A DNA stretch of 64,000 nucleotides, taken from assembly GCA_963792585.1 (NCBI GenBank), contig CAWBWI010000004.1:1-64000 (forward strand). Direction: 5' to 3'. The notes under the pieces were generated by a model. The model searched no databases and had not been told where the DNA came from. It worked only from the letters and a program-made list of their open reading frames with translations. Shown piece after piece: positions 1 through 12,401 of the stretch. The translations under genes and the position numbers were made by a program. The first letter of the stretch is position 1, and each line of letters opens with the position of its first letter. This DNA is from Candidatus Eiseniibacteriota bacterium (GTDB lineage Bacteria > Eisenbacteria > RBG-16-71-46 > CAIMUX01 > VGJL01).

Positions 1-243
1 GGAGGCGACTTCCTCTTCCCAAGACAGGAGCAACTGGCGGCTGTTGTAGACGCTCTCCGGGGCGCCACGGCTCACGAGAAGCCGGGCGCTCGACTCGTAG
101 GCCGGTTTGGTGCGCGCATTGATCACGACCACCGTCACGAGCGCCGCAAGCAGTACGGTCAGAATGATTCCCTTGCGCCGGAATACGACGCCCATGAACT
201 CTCGAACCGTCGCTTCCCTCACCACGCCGTTTGTTCCGTTCAT
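1..243 (-). CDS. Wzz/Wzc(GumC)-type polysaccharide chain-length determinant, N-terminal part (runs off window)
   Basis: Manual translation from ATG at 243: MNGTNGVVREATVREFMGVVFRRKGIILTVLLAALVTVVVINARTKPAYESSARLLV. This is a typical Wzz N-terminus (RRK, TM helix, PxYESSA), directly downstream of wza. Confidence 0.8.
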   Translation of the reverse strand, partial: MNGTNGVVREATVREFMGVVFRRKGIILTVLLAALVTVVVINARTKPAYESSARLLVSRGAPESVYNSRQLLLSWEEEVAS

Positions 244-252
244 CGTTTCGCC

Positions 253-1063
253 TCACCGCACCAAACGCACGTTCGTGTCATTGATATGGAACGCGGTCCA
301 TCCATCGATATACAAGGTAAACGGAGGCGTCAGCTGCCGGAAATACTGGTCCATCAACACGTTGACGCTTGCGATGAATGTCTTCGGAACATAGATGATG
401 TCGAACGCCTTCACCGGCACGTCCTGCGCGAGATTCTTGCCTCCCAGCGGGTCGGACAGGTCGGTGCGGAGTGCGATCGCCTGGTCGGGGCCGATGCGAC
501 GCAGGATCATGACGCTGCTACGCTTCGCTCCGTTGTTGAATCCTCCGGCCATTGCGATCGCGCCAAGGGCGGAGAGCCCGTTGTGGTACTGCTGATCCCC
601 GGGCAGATTCACCTCGCCCATCACGAAGATGCGGCGTTCGCCGAAGTTCGATACCGCGACGCTGACCTGTGGATAGCGGATGAGCTTGCCGACGTCCCGC
701 TGGACCGCCTCCTTCACCTCGGGAACGGTCATCCCCAGCACATACCGCGAGCCGATGCCGGGAATGGTGATCGTTCCATCGGGGAGCACGCGCACGGTGC
801 CGGATATGTCGGGGCTCCCGACCACCATGAGGTTCAACTCATCGAAAACGAGGAGCCGATACGCCTCCGTTTCCGGCTCGATTTTCGTGGACTCCGTCGT
901 AGCGGTTGTGGAGGGCGGTGGCGAAGGCGGTTTGCTGCCTCCGCACCCTCCGAAAAGCCTGAGAAGAGCGCGAGCCCCACCAGGATCAGGGGCGTTACGA
1001 CCGGGATCCTGGCGCCATCCTTGGGAGCACGAGTCAGTCTAGCCACGTTCTCCGTTCCCCGCA
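253..1063 (-). CDS. wza: Polysaccharide export lipoprotein, Wza/Poly_export + SLBB (frameshift near the signal peptide)
   Basis: VLPDGTITIPGIG, IRYPQVSVAV, IFVMGEVNLPG, ALGAIAMAGGF, DIIYVP. A lipobox-like GGC lies in the adjacent frame after the hydrophobic stretch. Confidence 0.85.
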
Positions 1064-1113
1064 TGCAGGCGGACCTCCGTGTACGCCCGTTCGCCAACTG
1101 CACTTTGGCCGCA

Positions 1114-1142
1114 AGACTAACACCGGTCCGGAAGAGCGTCAA
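1114..1142 (-). promoter_or_regulatory. sigma70-type promoter for the wza operon
   Basis: TTGACG-N17-TAGTCT on the minus strand, followed by GGAGG before the ATG at 1063. Confidence 0.6.
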
Positions 1143-1196
1143 CGCGGCCCGCCGCCTTCCATAGGGTTGTATCGGAAGGCAATGTCCATGGATTCA

Positions 1197-2177
1197 TCAG
1201 TTTGTGCTTCGGGCGCGACGCGCCCTGGGCCCATCGCGGGCAGCCAAAAGGCACGCCTGAACGAGAAGCGGGAGCATTATTTCGTGATGTCCGACGATAT
1301 AGTATCCCCTTCCCGTCCCTAGGGTTGGCCGCCGTACGACGTTCTCCGACGGCCGGTAGTGGCGGATGAAGTCGAACGCCGCCGTGGTGATCCCGTCCGT
1401 TCGCGCTCCCAGGTTCCGAGCCACGGAGAAGGCCTTCAGGAAGACCTCCGGCAGGATCACAGCCGAACCGAGGTTCAGGACCGTTCCCCCCCGGATCTGA
1501 GCAACCTGCGCCGCGAGAATTCGAAAGTCGCGGGCGCTGGCGGCTCCGGTCGCGGCCCCGTCGAAGTCAGGGTGCTGGTGGTTGATGTCCGTCCCGATCG
1601 CGACGTGGACGGTCACCGGCACGCCGTGGCGATAGGCCGAAGCCAGCACGCTTCGTCGAGCCGATCGAGGATCGGTCTCGATCAGGCGTCGTCCGATCGC
1701 CTCGCCCAGCCCTTCGCCCGTTCGCGCGGCCTCCACCGCCGCTCCGTTGAGGAACGCGGCGGTCTCGCGCGCCATGCCGAATCGCCCGTCGTGGAGCTCC
1801 GCTGCAACGTCTTCGGATGTTCGCCCCCAAAGACCGATCTCGACGTCGTGCACCGATCCGGCTCCGTGCACCGCGACCAGGGTGAGCAGGTCCGCGTCCA
1901 TCAGGCGGATCAGGCCCGGCCCCATCCCCGTCTTGAACACGTGCGCCCCACAGAGCGCAAGGACGGGCCGCTTCTTCGCGCGCGAGGCGAGAATCGCGGA
2001 GACAACCGCCTTCAGATCCGAAGCTCCCAGGATGGGCGGGAGAGAATCCCAGAAGGCGCGAAAACTCTCCGGCCGCGCCGGGGGTCGATAGAGAGCGTCC
2101 TCCTTCACGAGACTGCGGCGTCCTTTCACGCTGATCGTGCGGACCCGCCCAAGATCGATCTCCGGATACCGGCTCAT
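1197..2177 (-). CDS. Deoxyhypusine-synthase-like fold hypothetical protein (GSU2086-like family)
   Basis: Intact 326 aa ORF with [57 protein letters not shown]. Confidence 0.65.
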   Translation of the reverse strand: MSRYPEIDLGRVRTISVKGRRSLVKEDALYRPPARPESFRAFWDSLPPILGASDLKAVVSAILASRAKKRPVLALCGAHVFKTGMGPGLIRLMDADLLTLVAVHGAGSVHDVEIGLWGRTSEDVAAELHDGRFGMARETAAFLNGAAVEAARTGEGLGEAIGRRLIETDPRSARRSVLASAYRHGVPVTVHVAIGTDINHQHPDFDGAATGAASARDFRILAAQVAQIRGGTVLNLGSAVILPEVFLKAFSVARNLGARTDGITTAAFDFIRHYRPSENVVRRPTLGTGRGYYIVGHHEIMLPLLVQACLLAARDGPRARRARSTN

Positions 2178-3034
2178 TCGGGCCTCCGATAGTCGGTCAG
2201 GATCACACTGATCGATCCGACCGAGATCTTGCTCTTCATGACGACGGGCATGCGGCGCGCGTCATCGGTCAGCCAAATCGTGAGGGACCCTTCGTGCTTG
2301 AACAGCCCCGGAGTGCGCAGCATCGGCTCGACGACGATGCACTCGAACGTCCCGGCGGGGGTCTCCATCCGTTCCCGCCCAAGAACCCGCACCAGGAGGG
2401 GGACGTTCTTTCGGTCCGCGTGGCTCTCGAGATTGAACTCGTGCCCCGACTCGAGATGCTGGGTGCGGACGAAGTAGAAAGCAGATAGTACGTCGTGGGC
2501 GCCGGCGGTCAACTCGAACACGCGGCCGTCCTGGTAACGCGCAAAGCCGGCCACGTGATCCATCTCGATCTCTTGATCCGTCCGGTAACTCCCCTCGCGC
2601 AGGCTCTTACGGAATTGCCGGCTGAACAGGAAGTCGATATCCATCCACGACTCGACCCGGTCACGGACTTTGTAGATCGCGTCGAAGACGTTGTTGCTCT
2701 TGGCCTTCGAGACAACGTGATAGCAGGGTCGACCCCGGATCGTGTCGATCCCCGCGATCTCCATGGTCGCCTCTCCGGCGCGGATCATGCCGTAGCGAAT
2801 GGAGAAGGTGAGTTTCTCGCCCACCAGGATCGCGGCGCCCTTCCCGGGCATCCGAGAGAGAGCCTGGCGGCGCGCCCGCGATTGGGCATCGATCAAGATC
2901 CCCATCCCCCCGGAGGAGTCGGCCTCGATCTCCTCCCACCCGATCGCGGCAGGGGTTGTCGGGGCGGGGGGCGATTCCGACGCGAGGGCCCACGTGGAGG
3001 GCAGGAGCATCAGAATCGAAATCAGGAGGATCAC
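2174..3034 (-). CDS. DUF3108 family exported protein
   Basis: Signal peptide, then [45 protein letters not shown]. The GTG start overlaps the dut stop (GTGA). Confidence 0.8.
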   Translation of the reverse strand: MILLISILMLLPSTWALASESPPAPTTPAAIGWEEIEADSSGGMGILIDAQSRARRQALSRMPGKGAAILVGEKLTFSIRYGMIRAGEATMEIAGIDTIRGRPCYHVVSKAKSNNVFDAIYKVRDRVESWMDIDFLFSRQFRKSLREGSYRTDQEIEMDHVAGFARYQDGRVFELTAGAHDVLSAFYFVRTQHLESGHEFNLESHADRKNVPLLVRVLGRERMETPAGTFECIVVEPMLRTPGLFKHEGSLTIWLTDDARRMPVVMKSKISVGSISVILTDYRRPE

Positions 3035-3491
3035 GGCTGCGGGGGCTTTCGTCGACCCTTCCGCGCGGTCACACCGGTGTGGCCGAACTCCTCCCGCTCC
3101 CCGGGTCGTCTCGCGAAGGGCCTTCGCCCAGGCACGCGGACCGGCTCGACCCGCGCAAAGATCATCTGGGCGATCCGGTCGCCGTCGGGAGATCGTGAAC
3201 GGCTCGCTCCCCCAGTTCATCAGGATGACGCAGATCTCCCCGCGGTAGTCGGAGTCGATCGTTCCGGGCGCGTTCGGATGCCGACCCGTGCCGGGCGGCG
3301 AGTCCGCTGCGCGGACGGACCTGCGCTTCTAGGCCGGCGGCATCTCCATGGCGACTCCGGTTGGTACATCGCCCAGCGCCCTGGTTCGACCAGGACGGGG
3401 CCGTCGAGGCAGGCGGAGAGGTCCCACCCGCTCGCGCCGGGGACATCCGGCGGGGCAGGCGGGCCTTGGTCCGCAGCCGCGCCACGGCCAC
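3031..3491 (-). CDS. dut: dUTP diphosphatase (frameshifted in this consensus)
   Basis: Motifs across frames: [46 protein letters not shown]. Confidence 0.9.
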
Positions 3492-3539
3492 TCCGGACCG
3501 CGCCGATCGAGAGCTTTGCGCCCAGTGGCGGCCCCCCTT

Positions 3540-4838
3540 CTAGAAATCCCAGTCCCCGGATCCCGGATACTCGCCCGTCTTCGGCCCGAGCGTAAGGACG
3601 GAAAATCGATCCGGGTGCAGATAGCGGTCGATCGCCTCCTGGACCTCGTCGATCGTGATCTCCTGGACCTTCGCGACGAGGTGCTCGAGCGGCGCCTGCC
3701 TGCCGTAGCAGATCTCGGAGAGGGCGATCCGGTTCATCCGCTCGTACGTGCTCTCGAAACCCAGAAAGTGGGACATGAGCAACTGCGCCTTCGCGCTCTC
3801 CATTTCCCACGGACGCACCCCATCGCGCTTGAGCTTTCGGATCTCACGGCAGGCCAGGGAGAGAGATCGCTTCGTGTTCTCGGGCGCCACGCCCAGGTAG
3901 ATCCCGAAGAGGCCGGTGTCGCGCATGTGATCGAGGAACGAGTAGACCGTGTAGGCAAGCCCCTCGTCCTCGCGGATCTTCCGGAAGAGCCTGGAGCTTA
4001 TCCCGGCACCGAGGATCATGTTGAGGACCGAGAGCGCGAACCGGTCCGCCCCGTGGTAGGAGGGCCCGCGGCCGGCGAGGACGATGCTGGCCTGCGTGAT
4101 CTCGCGCTCGCACAGGCGCGTGCGCGAACGGAACCTGCTCAGCGGCATCCGACCGTTCGGGGCCGGGTCGGCCGCGAGCGGGACGTGCCGGCGGACCTGT
4201 TCGACGAATCGATCGAAGTCGAGATTCCCGGAGGCGGCGATCACCACGTTGCCCGCCGTGTAGTGCTCCCGATGGTAGGCCGCGATCTTGCGCGTGCCGA
4301 TCCCCTCGAGCGTCTCCCGCCTGCCCAGGATCGGCTGCCCCAGCGGGTGCCCGGGCCATACGAGCTCGGTGATCAGATCGTGCGCCATCTCCTCAGGGTT
4401 GTTCTCGTACGACTCGATTTCCTCGTAGACGACCCGCCGTTCGCGGATGATCTCGTCCCGCGCGAAAAGCGGGGCGCAGAGAATGTCGCCCAGGATCCCG
4501 AGCGCCTTGGAGAGGTGCTCCTCGAACACACGGGCGTAGTAGCAGGAGTTCTCGCGCGCGGTGAAGGCGTCGAGGTGCCCGCCGATCGCCTCGGTCTGCT
4601 TGGCGATCGCGAGCGCCGAACGTCGTCGCGTTCCCTTGAAGAGCATGTGTTCGATGAAGTGGGAGATGCCGGCCAACTCGTCCGGCTCGTCGCGCGAGCC
4701 GGTCAGGACCCAGGCGCCGACGGTGATACTGCGGACTTGAGGGACTTGCTCGGCAACGATGCGCAGCCCCGACGGAAGAACGACCTTCCGGACGTTCTCG
4801 ATCGGACGGACCGAGTCGAGATTGGGTATGAATCGCAC
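3540..4838 (-). CDS. M16 family zinc peptidase (pitrilysin/insulinase-like)
   Basis: [14 protein letters not shown] (inverted HxxEH), [16 protein letters not shown]. Usual position downstream of pnp. Confidence 0.92.
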   Translation of the reverse strand: MRFIPNLDSVRPIENVRKVVLPSGLRIVAEQVPQVRSITVGAWVLTGSRDEPDELAGISHFIEHMLFKGTRRRSALAIAKQTEAIGGHLDAFTARENSCYYARVFEEHLSKALGILGDILCAPLFARDEIIRERRVVYEEIESYENNPEEMAHDLITELVWPGHPLGQPILGRRETLEGIGTRKIAAYHREHYTAGNVVIAASGNLDFDRFVEQVRRHVPLAADPAPNGRMPLSRFRSRTRLCEREITQASIVLAGRGPSYHGADRFALSVLNMILGAGISSRLFRKIREDEGLAYTVYSFLDHMRDTGLFGIYLGVAPENTKRSLSLACREIRKLKRDGVRPWEMESAKAQLLMSHFLGFESTYERMNRIALSEICYGRQAPLEHLVAKVQEITIDEVQEAIDRYLHPDRFSVLTLGPKTGEYPGSGDWDF

Positions 4839-4889
4839 GGGTCGGATCCAGACGGGCGGGGCCGGTGGTGTCGGCCCCGCCCTCCTGGG

Positions 4890-6998
4890 ACTAGTTCCTT
4901 GCCGGTCACGGCCGGGAGGGCCGCACGGCGGGAGAGCCGGACTTTCCCCTCGTCGTCGATCCCGATCACCTTGACGAGCACCATGTCGCCCTCGGCGACG
5001 ACGTCCTCGACCCGCGCCACGCGATGGTTCTCCAGCTCGGAGATGTGCACCAGCCCGTCGCGGCCGGGGAGGATCTCGACGAAGGCGCCGAAGTTGACGA
5101 TCCGCTTGACCTTTCCGCGATAGATCCGGCCGATCTCCGGATCCTCGGTGAGGCCGCGGATGATCTCGACCGCGCGCTGCGCCATCTCGGCGTCGATGCA
5201 GGCGATCTTGATCTGGCCGTTGTCCTCGATGTCGATCGTGGCGCCGGTCTCGTCGGTGATCTTCTTGATCATCTTGCCGCCCGGTCCGATGACGTCGCGG
5301 ATCTTGTCGGGGTCGATCTGGATCATGAGGATCCGCGGAGCGTACTTCGAGATCTCCGGCCGCGCCTGCGCGATGGTCTCGTTCATGATCCCGAGGATGT
5401 GGATCCGACCCTCGTCGCGCCTGCTCGAGCGCCGTCTGCAGGATCGAGAGATCGAGCCCGCCGATCTTGTTGTCCATCTGGATCGCCGTGATCCCGTCCG
5501 CCGTTCCGGTCACCTTGAAGTCCATGTCGCCGAGGTGATCCTCGACCCCGAGGATGTCGGAAAGGACGACGATCTTCTCCCCTTCCTTGATCAGCCCCAT
5601 CGCGATCCCGGCGACCGGCCGCCTTGATCGGCACGCCCGCGTCCATGAGCGCGAGGCTGCCGCCGCAGACCGGTCGCCATCGACGATGAGCCGTTCGACT
5701 CGAGCACGTCGGAGACGATCCGGATCGTGTAGGGGAACGACTCGTTCGACGGAATGATCGCGGTCAGCGCGCGCTCGGCGAGCGCGCCGTGGCCGATCTC
5801 GCGACGGCCCGGCCCGCGATTGGGGCGGACCTCCCCGACGCTGAACGGCGGGAAGTTGTAGTGGAGCATGAAGGTCTTCCACGACTGACCCATGAGCTCC
5901 TCGATCTTCTGCTCGTCGGTCGAGGTGCCGAGGGTCGTCACGACGAGGGCCTGGGTCTGCCCGCGCGTGAAGAGGGCGGAGCCGTGCGTGCGCGGCAGGA
6001 CGCCGATCTCGCAGGTGATCGGGCGGATCTCCTCCGGACCGCGGCCGTCGGCGCGACGCTTCTCGTCGAGGACCATCGCGCGCAGGTGCTCCTTCTCCAT
6101 CGTGTCGATCGTCGCCTTGATCGGCTTCTCGTACTCCGGGAAGTCGGGTAGGTGGGCGGCGACCGCCTCGGCGCGCAGGAGGCGACAAGCGCCTCCTCGC
6201 GCTGCTCCTTGCCCGGGATCGAGATGATCTCGCGGACGCGGGCGCTGTAGCGTCGTGCGAGAGCTTCGGCGAGCAGCTCTGCGGGGACGACCTTGCGCGG
6301 GATCGTCCGCTTGGTCTTGCCGGCGGCTCCGCGAGCACGCAGCTGGAGCTTGATCAGCTCCTGGATGACCGGCTGCGCGACGCGAAATGCGTCGAGCAGT
6401 TCGGTCTCACTGATCTCCAGCGCGCGGCCCTCGACCATGACGAGGCTGTCCTCGGTCCCTGCGACGATGATGTCCATCTCGCTCGACTCGAGCTGCTCGC
6501 TCGTCGGGTTGATGACGAGCTGGCCGTCGATCCGTCCGACGCGAACGGCCGCGACGGGACCGCCGAAGGGGATGTTCGAAACGGACAGAGCGCGCCGAGA
6601 CGCCCGTCAGGGCCAGCACGTCGGCGTCGTTCTCCTGGTCCGACGAGAGCACGTCGGCCTGGACCTGGACCTCGAACTCGGAAGTCCTTGTCGAAGAGGG
6701 GACGAATGGAGCGGTCGATCAACCGGGAGGAGAGGATCTCCTTCTCGGTCGGGCGACCTTCGCGCTTGAAGAAGCCGCCGGGGATCCTCCCGGCGGCGTA
6801 CGTGCTTCTCGCGGTAGTCGACGACGAGGGGGAAGAAATCGCGCTCGGCAGCCGCGTCCCGCGACCGACACGACGGTCGCCAGAACCACCGTGTCGCCGT
6901 AACTGACGAGAACCGCGCCCGAGGCCTGCTTGGCCATCCGGCCGGTCTCGATTTCCAACGTACGTCCACCGATTTCGACGGCGAACTTCGTGAACCAT
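4890..6998 (-). CDS. pnp: Polyribonucleotide nucleotidyltransferase (multiple frameshifts; end approximate)
   Basis: [55 protein letters not shown], plus KH and S1 domains. Confidence 0.97.
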
Positions 6999-7094
6999 CT
7001 CGCACTCCTCTCATACTCCGCCGCAGACGACCGGGTAGGCGCAAAGCCCGACCCGCGCCCTGCGGTGAACTTCGGAAACGGAACCGCCGGGCGG

Positions 7095-7365
7095 CTAGCG
7101 ACGGAGGCCGAGTTCCTTCACGACGCTCTTGTAGCTGTCCTGCTTGTTGTCGCGGAGATAGTCGAGGAGCTTGCGACGACGTCCGACCATCTTCAGCAGA
7201 CCCGCGGCGGGAGTGATGATCGGTCGTGTGCCGCTTGAAGTGCTCCGTCAGCTGACGGATGCGCTCCGTCAGCAGGGCGACTTGAACCTCGGGCGATCCC
7301 GAATCCAAATCATGGAGCTTGTAGCGGCTGATGATCTCCTGCTTTTGTTCCTTACTGAGCGACAT
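7095..7365 (-). CDS. rpsO: 30S ribosomal protein S15 (one frameshift)
   Basis: [16 protein letters not shown]...DHHSRRG, then [15 protein letters not shown]...LGLRR* in the shifted frame. Confidence 0.97.
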
Positions 7366-7469
7366 CCGTTCCTCCGATAGACACCGGAACCTCCGGCGCC
7401 CGCCCCGATGACCGGGGGCTCAACAATCTCATTCCAGGACCTAACCCTCGAACATTATCAACCATCGCG

Positions 7470-8419
7470 TTCGGGGCAAGCTCCGTTTCCTGTTCGACTC
7501 CACCCGACGCGAGGCGCCGGGTCTGCTCGATGTCCGCCTCGATCTGGGCCCGCAACTCATCTCAGGGATCCAGAACTTGCGCTCATCGCGTAGGCGCGCG
7601 CGCAGCCGGAAGAGCAGGGCCGCGACCCAGCAGCTCTGATCCGAAGTCGAGGACGTGGACCTCCGGGACGATTTCCTCCCCCGCGGTCAGTGTCGGCCGG
7701 CGCCCGAGGTTCAGGACCGCCGGCCGGCAGGTCCCGTCCCACTCCGCCTGACCCGCATAGACCCCGAGGCCGGGGAGGCACTGCGCTGTCGGGCAGCCAG
7801 AGGTTCGCCGTCGCGACGAGGACGCGCCGCCCCTGCCCGCGCCCGGACACCACGCTCCCCTCCGAGGTCCGGCCACCGGCCGAGCAGCCGTGCCGCCGCT
7901 CGATCCCCCCGCGCGCAGGCGCTCGCCGGATGCGGGTCGAGCTGACCGGGCCGCCGTCGTGAACGACGGCCTCGACGCGCTCCGCCTCGAAACCCGAGTC
8001 GAACCGCCTCCCGCCTCGAGCATGTCCCAGTCGCCCCGGCGCCGGTGGCCGAAGCGGAAATCGTGCCCGATCCAGAGCCCCCGAAGCCCGACACCGGCCC
8101 CGAGGATCTCCGTGAGGAACTCCTCCGGTTCGATCTGCGCGAAGACCTCGAGAAACGCAGGATGCACAACCGCTCGATCCCGAGCTTCGGCGAGCAGCCG
8201 CAGCTTGCGCGGCAGCGGGGTCAGCTCGTCGTGCGGCGTCCCCGGCGCGAAGACGGTGACCGGTCGCGGCTGAAAGGTGAAGACCACCGCCGGGAGGCCC
8301 ATCTCCCGCGAGGCCGCCAGGACCGGATCCAGAATCGCTCGATGGCCGAGGTGCAGGCCGTCGAAGACGCCGACCGTCGCGACATAGGCATCCGGCCAAG
8401 GATAGGGCTTAGAGAACAC
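7470..8419 (-). CDS. ribF: Bifunctional riboflavin kinase/FAD synthetase (frameshifted; end approximate)
   Basis: GVFDGLHLGH, GHDFRFG, GPVSSTRIR, GVYAG, NLGRRPT, EVHVLDF. Confidence 0.93.
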
Positions 8420-9334
8420 GTTCGAGCTTCAAGTCCCACGAGTCGCGCCAGGACCGGTCGATCGGACCCGGCACCGGATCGAGAACCGCGATGGCCACCA
8501 GATCCCCCTCCGGACCGAGCAGTCGGAGCGGGGCCTCCGCGGAAGGCTCTCCGCATCGACGGCGCGCCACGGCGGCTGCTCCCCGCGGCGAACCCGGCGG
8601 ACCCAGTCCGATTGTAGGCGCAGCGCCTTGAGATGCCCGATCGCGGAGACGAGGGGGACCGCCGCCTCGAGGCATGCATCCTGCACCTGTTGCGGGCTCC
8701 CCGGTGAGCGAGACCGCGCGTTCCAGGGTGAAGGGCCGACGGCGCTGCGGCACAGTCGCTCGACGCATCCTCCCGTCCCGAGCGCTTCCCCGAGGTCGCG
8801 CGCGAGGGCGCGCGACGTAGGTCCCCTTGCCGCAACGCACCCGGAATTCGAGCCGATCCCCCACGATCTCCGTCAGTTCGAAGGAGTGGATCTCGACCCG
8901 ACGCGGCTTGCGCTCGATCTCGATCCCCGCGCGCGCGAGGTCGTAGAGCCGACTTGACCCTGTGACCTTGATCGCGGAGACCATCGGCGGGATCTGCTCG
9001 ATCTCCCCGACGAAGCGCGCGGCCGCCTCGCGGATCCGCTCCTCGCGGAGATCCGCCGAGTTCCCGTCGCTCCCGGATCTCTCCCGTCGACGTCTCCCGT
9101 GTCGGTGACGATGCCGAGCCGGATCGTGCCGACGTACTCCTTCGGCAGGTCCATCAGGTAGGAGAGGATCTTCGTCCCGCGCCCCACGCCGCAGACGAGC
9201 ACTCCGGTCGCGAATGGATCGAGGCTGCCGGCGTGGCCGATCTCCTTCACTCCGAGGATCGTGCGGAGGCGGTGGACCGCGTCATGGCTCGTCCAGTCCT
9301 CTTCCTTCAAGATGGGCACGACGAAACCGTTCAC
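8409..9334 (-). CDS. truB: tRNA pseudouridine(55) synthase (frameshifted)
   Basis: TSHDAV, GHAGSLDPFATGVL, SAIKV.G..LY.LAR.G, CGKGTYV. Confidence 0.95.
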
Positions 9335-9711
9335 GCGTCGATCGTCCTCCGGGGGCGTTGCGTCCCCCGTGAAGCCGAGTTCGCTGCAGGATCTCCAGGA
9401 TCCGCGCGCTTCCGGCGATGGTGTGGTCGGCGCGGAAGAGAATCTCCGGCACCTTCCGCAGGCGCATCCGCTTCGCGAGCTCGGCCCGGATGGCGCCTCC
9501 GGCGCGGGCGAGGACGCGGAGGCTCGATCTCCTGGTCGGCCTCGCTGCCGAGAACGGAGATGAAGAGCTTTGCGTGGCGCAGGTCCGGGCTCAGCTCGAC
9601 CCGCACGACGCTGACCCACTGGAGCCGCGGGTCGGACAGGTGGTTTCGAAGGATGTCGGAGACCTGCTCGCGGAGTTCTTCGGCCATGCGGGCCGCCCGG
9701 ATCTGGCTCAC
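9331..9711 (-). CDS. rbfA: Ribosome-binding factor A (frameshifted)
   Basis: DPRLQWVSVVRVELSPDLRHAKLFIS and MRLRKVPEILF. Confidence 0.93.
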   Translation of the reverse strand: MSQIRAARMAEELREQVSDILRNHLSDPRLQWVSVVRVELSPDLRHAKLFISVLGSEADQEIEPPRPRPRRRRHPGRAREADAPAEGAGDSLPRRPHHRRKRADPGDPAANSASRGTQRPRRTIDA

Positions 9712-10070
9712 GACTCCTCCCCTTCCTCATCCTCGAACCCTTCGTCTTCCAAGCCGATCTCGTCGCCCAGACTCCCGACGCGCGTACGGAACGAGAGCAC
9801 CAGAACTCCGTCCTCATCCTCCGCCAAGCGGACCAGCGTGGAGAGGGATTGGCGAACCTGCGCGTCGTCGCGGGCGACGAGGCAGATTCCCAGGGTTCCC
9901 CGCTGCCACAGATCTTGCGAGCCGACGTCGATCACGGCGACCCGCGCGCGATCGGCAAGGCGGTTCTTGAGGCTGTTCAGGATGGACCGCTTGTCCTTGA
10001 GGGACCGACTAGTAGGGCAGGTGAAGATCCAGCCGCCCGACGCCGTAGAAGATCCGATTCGGCTCCACCG
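9708..10070 (-). CDS. DUF503 (YlxP-like) protein (frameshifted; start approximate)
   Basis: LDLHLP..SLKDKRSILNSLKNRL..VAVIDVGSQDLWQRGTLG. Lies between infB and rbfA. Confidence 0.85.
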   Translation of the reverse strand, partial: RWSRIGSSTASGGWIFTCPTSRSLKDKRSILNSLKNRLADRARVAVIDVGSQDLWQRGTLGICLVARDDAQVRQSLSTLVRLAEDEDGVLVLSFRTRVGSLGDEIGLEDEGFEDEEGEES

Positions 10071-10083
10071 ACCGCAACCCCGC

Positions 10084-12401
10084 CTACTCGAGCTTGCGGG
10101 CGATCTCCTCGATCATGAAGGCCTCGATCACGTCGCCTGCGAGAATGTCGTCGTGGCCCTTCGAGCCCGATTCCGCACTCGAAGCCCGATGCGACCTCAC
10201 GGGCGTCGTCCTTGATCCGCTTCAGGGACGCGATCTTCCCCTCCCAGACCTTCTCGCCCTTGCGGATCAGCCGGACCGAATCGCCGCGGTGGATCGTCCC
10301 CGAGATGATCATGCAGCCCGCGATGACGCCGACATGGGTGATGCGGAAGATCTGCCGGACTTCCGCCTGCCCCTGGACCTTCTCGACCAGTTCCGGAGCG
10401 AGGAGGCCGCTCATCGCGCTGCGGACTTCGTCGACCACCTCGTAGATGACCGTGTAGAGCCGCACGTCGACCTTCTCCGCCTGCATCGCGGCCTGCGCCT
10501 TCGCGTCGGGCTTCACGTGGAAACCGATCACGATCGCGTCGGACGCGGCCGCCAGAAGAACGTCTCCCTCGGTGATTGCGCCGACCCCTTGGTGGATCAC
10601 GCGGACCTGCACCTCGGGCGTCGAGAGCTTCTCGAGGCTGTCCCGAAGCACTTCGACCGGAGCCCGCCACGTCGGCCTTGAGCACGACGTTCAGGCCGAG
10701 CACCTCTCCCTGCTTGATCCGCTGGCTGATGTCGATCAGCGTCCGCCGGCGAGAGATCCGCAGCTCGTGCTCGCGGTGGATCTGGCTGCGCTTGCCCGCG
10801 ATATCCCGCGCCTCCTGCTCGGTCGGCGTGACGTGGAGCGAATCGCCCGACTGCGGGAGTCCGTTCCATCCCCACACCTCGACTGGGGTCGCGGGGCCGA
10901 CCTCCTTCACCCTCCTGCCGGTGTCGTCGACCATCACACGGACCTTGCCGTGCTCGATCCCGCAGACGAACGCGTCGCTCGACATGGAGCGTTCCGTTCT
11001 GCACGAGGACGGTCGCCACGATGCCTTTGCCCGGGTCGCGCTTGGACTCGATGATGACTCCCGCCGCCGGGCGGCCGGGCTCGGCCTTCAGCTCGAGGAG
11101 GTCGGCTTGCAGGAGGATCATCTCGAGCAGGCTGGTCGATTCCGAGGCCGCTCTTGGAGGAGACCTCGACGCAGACCATCTTGCCGCCGTACTGCTCGAC
11201 GACGACTCCCGCCTCGGCCAGCTGGGCCCGGATCTTCTCGGCGTTGGCCGCCGGGAGATCGATCTTCGTGATCGCGACGACGATCGGAACGTTCGCCGCC
11301 CGGGCGTGGTTGATCGCCTCGAGCGTCTGCGGCATCACCCGATCGTCACCGGCAACCACGAGCACGACGATGTCCGTCACCTGGGCGCCGCGCGCGCGCA
11401 TCGCGGTGAACGCCTCGTGACCCGGAGTGTCGAGGAACGTGACCTGTCCGGCCATCACCTTCACGGAGTAGGCGCCGATGTGCTGCGTGATCCCGCCCGA
11501 CTCCCCCGCGACGACGCGCGTCTTGCGAATGTAGTCGAGGAGGCTCGTCTTTCCGTGATCGACGTGACCCATGACGGTCACGACCGGGGGCCGGGGCTCG
11601 GATTCGAACTTCCCCTCGAGCGCGGCGGTCGCCTCTTCGAGGACCTCCTCGCCGTATTCGCTCACGAACTCCAGCTCGCAGCCGATACTCGTCGGCCACG
11701 AGCGTCATCTCGTCCTTGTCCAGACGGCGGTTGATGTTCGCGATGATGCCGAGCTGGAGGCAGGTCCCGACGACCTCGGCGGGATTGACTTCCATGACCG
11801 AGGCGAGTTCGGCCACGGTCATGTACTCGGTGACCTTGATCGACGTCGATTCCTCGGCCGTGTCCGGACCGCCGCCCGGACCGTCGGCGCGGCGACGGCG
11901 ATGCTTGCGCCGACCCGGATCGAGGGCGAGGGTCTTGCGGACGTTGTCGCGGACCAGCCTCTCGTCGACCGCCGTGCGCCCCTTCTTTCCCTTCCGACCG
12001 GTCTTGCGGTTGACGGGTAGCTGCGGTCGCCACGGCGTCGGCTGTGCCGGCTGGACCGGCATGGGCGGGCGCACGACCACCGGGGTCGGGGGCGGGGGCT
12101 GAAGGACCGGCTCGGGCGCCACCGCGGCCACCGGCGTCACTGCCGGAGCGGGCTTGCGGCGCGCGGCCTCTTCCTTGTCCTTCGTCCTCTGGATGTCCAC
12201 ATGGATCTGCGCCTTGCGGTCGATCTCGCCGCGAACGATCTCCTTCTCGGCGGCGATCTTCGCTTTGATCTTGGCGACGATGTCGTCCTCGACGGAACTC
12301 ATGTGGCTCTTCACATCTCCGCCGAGGGCAGCGATCATGCTGACCAGGGCATCGCTCGAGATGCGAAGGTCCCGCGCGAGCTGATAGATCCGAACTTTCA
12401 T
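10084..12401 (-). CDS. infB: Translation initiation factor IF-2 (frameshifted)
   Basis: [60 protein letters not shown]. Confidence 0.98.

Noticed and set aside
2174..3220. Apparent dUTPase-DUF3108 fusion
   Set aside because: Frameshift artefact; dut ends FGHTG...TGA overlapping the DUF3108 GTG.
3540..6338. 932-aa ORF suggesting a PNPase-M16 peptidase fusion
   Set aside because: The upstream part is mostly out-of-frame pnp sequence joined by indels; M16 has its own start near 4838.
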